NCBI RefSeq assembly: GCF_004010195.1
Contig: NC_057754.1
Coordinates: 783,318 to 847,317 of the forward strand
From: Chiloscyllium plagiosum
Lineage: Eukaryota
Length of the DNA stretch: 64,000 bases
Direction: 5' to 3'
The notes under the pieces were generated by a model. The model did no database searches. It worked only from the letters and a program-made list of their open reading frames with translations, and was not told the origin of the DNA. Shown here piece by piece: positions 60,940 through 64,000 of the stretch. The number at the start of each line of letters is the position of its first letter. Position 1 is the stretch's first letter. Made by a program: the position numbers and the translations under genes.

Positions 60940-62129
60940 AGTGTTTAATTGGTAGACTCTCTCTGTCTGTTATTTGCCCCTGCCCTTTCAGAAAGTCAAA
61001 GGTAATTGGACTGAGAGGTTCATAGTATAGATACAAGTTGAGATGAGATGTTTCTTCATGAGGACCATTCTGAGATTATGTAAATACTGTGCACACTTTT
61101 CTCAGCTGCCCAATTCTTTACATTCTCATTTGCCCCTATTACTGAGCAATGATGGGAGTGGGGGATAACCCTGATACTGGATATAAATTTTAAAAGTTGA
61201 TTTGTTTTGAATAGATAGGGTAAGTTGAAGTTTAGTCGGACTGTCAATGTTCAATTGTAGAATTGCTGGGGAGGTTTATAAGGATATCCTGCAGTAAAAT
61301 GGGAGACTTGGGATTGTTGAGTCTTTGTTGATATATGTAGGAGTTTTAAATTTAGTATGCAGAAGTGGGAGAGGCTCAGTGTGAGGCAATGGAATTATAA
61401 AATGATGGGAAATGGAATTTGATTGTGTGTAAGGAGGGCTTGATATATAATGGATATTGCAGTGAATACGAAGGTGGCTTTTGTTTTGCACAGTTGGGAG
61501 GCAAGCCTGTGTGTTTGCATCTCATATTGAACAACTCTTATTAACCTCACATTAAGAAGCAGGATGGAGTGTGTCACAGTGATGGGACAGGAAAGTTTAT
61601 TCAGTGTAGCTCATACACTGTGGATAAGTGCAGAGCAGTGGTCAGTTATCAGGGGCAGATTTGGTCAACAAAATGGAGGGAAAAAAAATCAATCTTTTGC
61701 AGATTTTGTCCTTGTAGTTTTGCTTTTAAAGTCTGTGAAGTAACTGTGGACAAATGGACAAATAAGCAAGAAAGTTACTGCTAGTCCTCTGCCACGCACT
61801 GGGTGCTACAGTTAGGGCGCAACCAGTCCAATCCTCCCCAACTCACTGATTTTGCCGTGCAGGTCATTGGCAGCTCTGTGGGGAGATCCATCTTTACATT
61901 CTAACAGTCATTGGTACTGCAACTCTATCTGATAACTTTCCTGTATTTCATTTTCAAAAGTAGTAGTCCTCATTTGTCTTTTATAGACGTTGTCTTCTTG
62001 GGAAGACTTGAACATTATGAAAATTAAATAATTGAAGCCAAATGTTGTCACAAGGACCAAGGCACCTTACTCACAGACTAGATGATTGTAAACAGTTTTG
62101 AACTGTACAGAAATGTATTTTTTCTTTGA

Positions 62130-62135
62130 AATAAA
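62130..62135 (+). terminator. Probable polyadenylation signal of EML3 (3' UTR ~1.2 kb)
   Basis: AATAAA preceded by two TGTA motifs and a T-run, followed by TG-rich sequence; ATTAAA also at 62023-62028. Confidence 0.65.
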
Positions 62136-62479
62136 GCCCAAATTTAACAATATGTTTAACTGTTCACCAATATTTAAACTGATCTGCACAACAGGATTGG
62201 TAATGTGGTTTCCTTGAGTTTCACTTATCTTCTACTTATTTAGCTGCAAAGCCAGTCCTGGTAGAAGCATGAGGAGACCATTCAACTCTTGTTCCACTAT
62301 TCAACTAACTCATGGCAGATCTGCTTCTTCACTTATCCAGTTACCATATCCTTTTGTCCTGCACCGTTATTGCTTTTGACACTTAATTTCTCCTGCTTCC
62401 CACACAGTCCACAGACTTTCCCATGTGTTCTTATTCGCATCAACTGCCCCACCATCACCACTCCCTCCTATTCACTGCT

Positions 62480-62870
62480 AAACAGGAGTCCTCAGCTCTG
62501 GGCCTACCACAACCATGACCTGCTGCTGCCACCACCTCACAACAACCACGAGTCCTCAGCTCTGGGCCTCACCGATAACAAAGAATCCCCTGCTCCAGCC
62601 TACCACAACTAGGAGCTGCCGCCACTGTCTCATTAATAACCAGGAGACCCTGGTTCCGGGTCTACCACAACCTGGAGCTGCCATCACGGTCTTACCGATA
62701 ATCAAGAGGCCCAGAACTAGGGTCTGTCACAATCAAGAACTACTGCTGCCACCTCACCAATAACAAGGAGATGACAGCTCTAAGCCTACCACAACCAGGA
62801 GGTGCTGCCACTGTCTTACCGATATCCAGAGCGAGAACCCATAATTCTACTGCATTCAGGAGACCCTGGC
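62480..62870. repeat. ~60-bp degenerate tandem repeat (~6-7 units) downstream of the gene
   Basis: GGAG...GCTCTGGGCCTACCACAACCAGGAGCTGCTGCCAC...AATAACAA-like units. Confidence 0.8.
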
Positions 62871-64000
62871 TCCACTGCAGCCACCACCTCATTCCAGGGC
62901 ATATTGGTGCAATTAGACTGTGATCTGGACACATATACTTGCTCTGTGACCTCTGCTACCAAAGGGTTTCAGTGACGGAACACAATGTTGTCCCTGCACT
63001 GATTTTTACAGAAGATTGTAGAACATTAATTTGGTCCATAGGCTTGGTGCTGCCGTTTACGTTCCACATGAGCTGCCTCTTACCTCTAGTCCATCTAATT
63101 GTGTTTCAGTATATCCTTTCTTTCGCCCCACGTGTTTATCTAGCTTCCTCTTTCAATACCTCAACACTTTTCACCTCAACCCATCCCTATGGTCCCGAGT
63201 CCACGTTCTCCTCACTCTCTGGGGAGTTTCTCTTGAATTCCCCATTAGATTTATTGTTATTAATCATACTTTATATTTATGGCTCTTATTTGGTTCACTC
63301 CCATAAGGGGAAACATCTTCTCTATGCTGTCCATTCTAAAACTCTACCCAATTAGTCCCACTCTACCCCACTTTAGCTAACCCCTATAAATTTCTCTTTT
63401 TCAAATCTTTATTTATCCATTCAGATTGCCCATTTGAAATTTACTAATGAATATGCTTCCTCTGCCTTTTCAGGTAATGTGCATTCCAAATTACAACAAC
63501 TCACAGAGTTGGAAAAAGTTTGTGTTTTCCCTCTGCATCTTACATTCCAGATTTTTCTCACTAGGGATCTGTGGGAAAGACCTTTCCAATAGTACTGCCA
63601 TCAAAGAGCTTCAGCCAAAAGCAAATATAAGCAACACTAGAGGGAGGAGTTTCACATAGCAGATATACCCAGCGTTACTTAACTGCATAAAAATATGTAT
63701 ATAGAATCTGTTATTAGCCCAGTTATAGAGTCATAGAGATGTACAGCATGGAAACAGACCCTTTGGTCCAACTCGTCCATGCCAACCAGATATCCTAACC
63801 TAAGCTAGTCCCATTTTCCAGCACTTGGCCCATATCCTTCTAAATCCTTCCTATTCATATACCTATCCAGATGCCTCTGAAATGTTGTAATTGTACCAGC
63901 CTCCATCACTTCCATACATGCATCACCCTCTGCGTGAAAAGGTTGCCCCTTCGATCCTTTAAAATTTTTCCCCTCTCACTTTAAATCTATACCCCCACTC

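Larger units (their letters stand above)
20262..62155 (+). other. EML3: EML3-like gene span (echinoderm microtubule-associated protein-like 3), from first confidently identified coding exon to approximate poly(A) site; true 5' end lies upstream
   Basis: 23 exons with GT-AG boundaries and matching phases join into one open frame. EML3-like motifs versus EML1/2/4, recalled from human EML3: EGISIKMFLRGRPITMY, YGYRGRDSR, YFIACVVVL, KYKKPKFIQCFVF, ETGLCADFH, RFGRCM, WPDGSDGTDIN, C-terminal SSLD. Confidence 0.88.

Overview
Vertebrate nuclear DNA, almost certainly from a cartilaginous fish: the HE1 V-SINEs, SacSINE1/DeuSINE-like elements, CR1/L2 LINEs and Penelope elements point to a shark, possibly a bamboo shark (inference). 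The window holds one protein-coding gene on the + strand, an echinoderm microtubule-associated protein-like gene best matching EML3. I assembled 23 phase-consistent coding exons from 20262 to the stop codon ending at 60939 (3647 nt, ~1215 codons): coiled-coil, basic region, HELP motif and WD40/TAPE domain. The poly(A) signal is at ~62130; the first coding exon is uncertain (best candidate 10054-10223). Notable gene features are a GT-AG U12-type intron (36345-37194), a 1137-nt frame-preserving low-complexity exon and two microexons (29 and 33 nt). The introns are full of nested retroelements. The most interesting non-coding signal is a set of more than a dozen short Penelope-derived repeats from several families, many TSD-flanked and often palindromic. 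They carry minimal type-I hammerhead ribozyme motifs (CUGANGA-A-stemII-GAAA-palindrome); the best-preserved copies lie antisense to the gene. Also notable: the large 33/35-bp minisatellites are internal expansions of a DeuSINE segment, and two ~2.7-3 kb CR1 copies sit tail-to-tail as an intronic inverted repeat. Repeat boundaries and family names were read by eye and are approximate.
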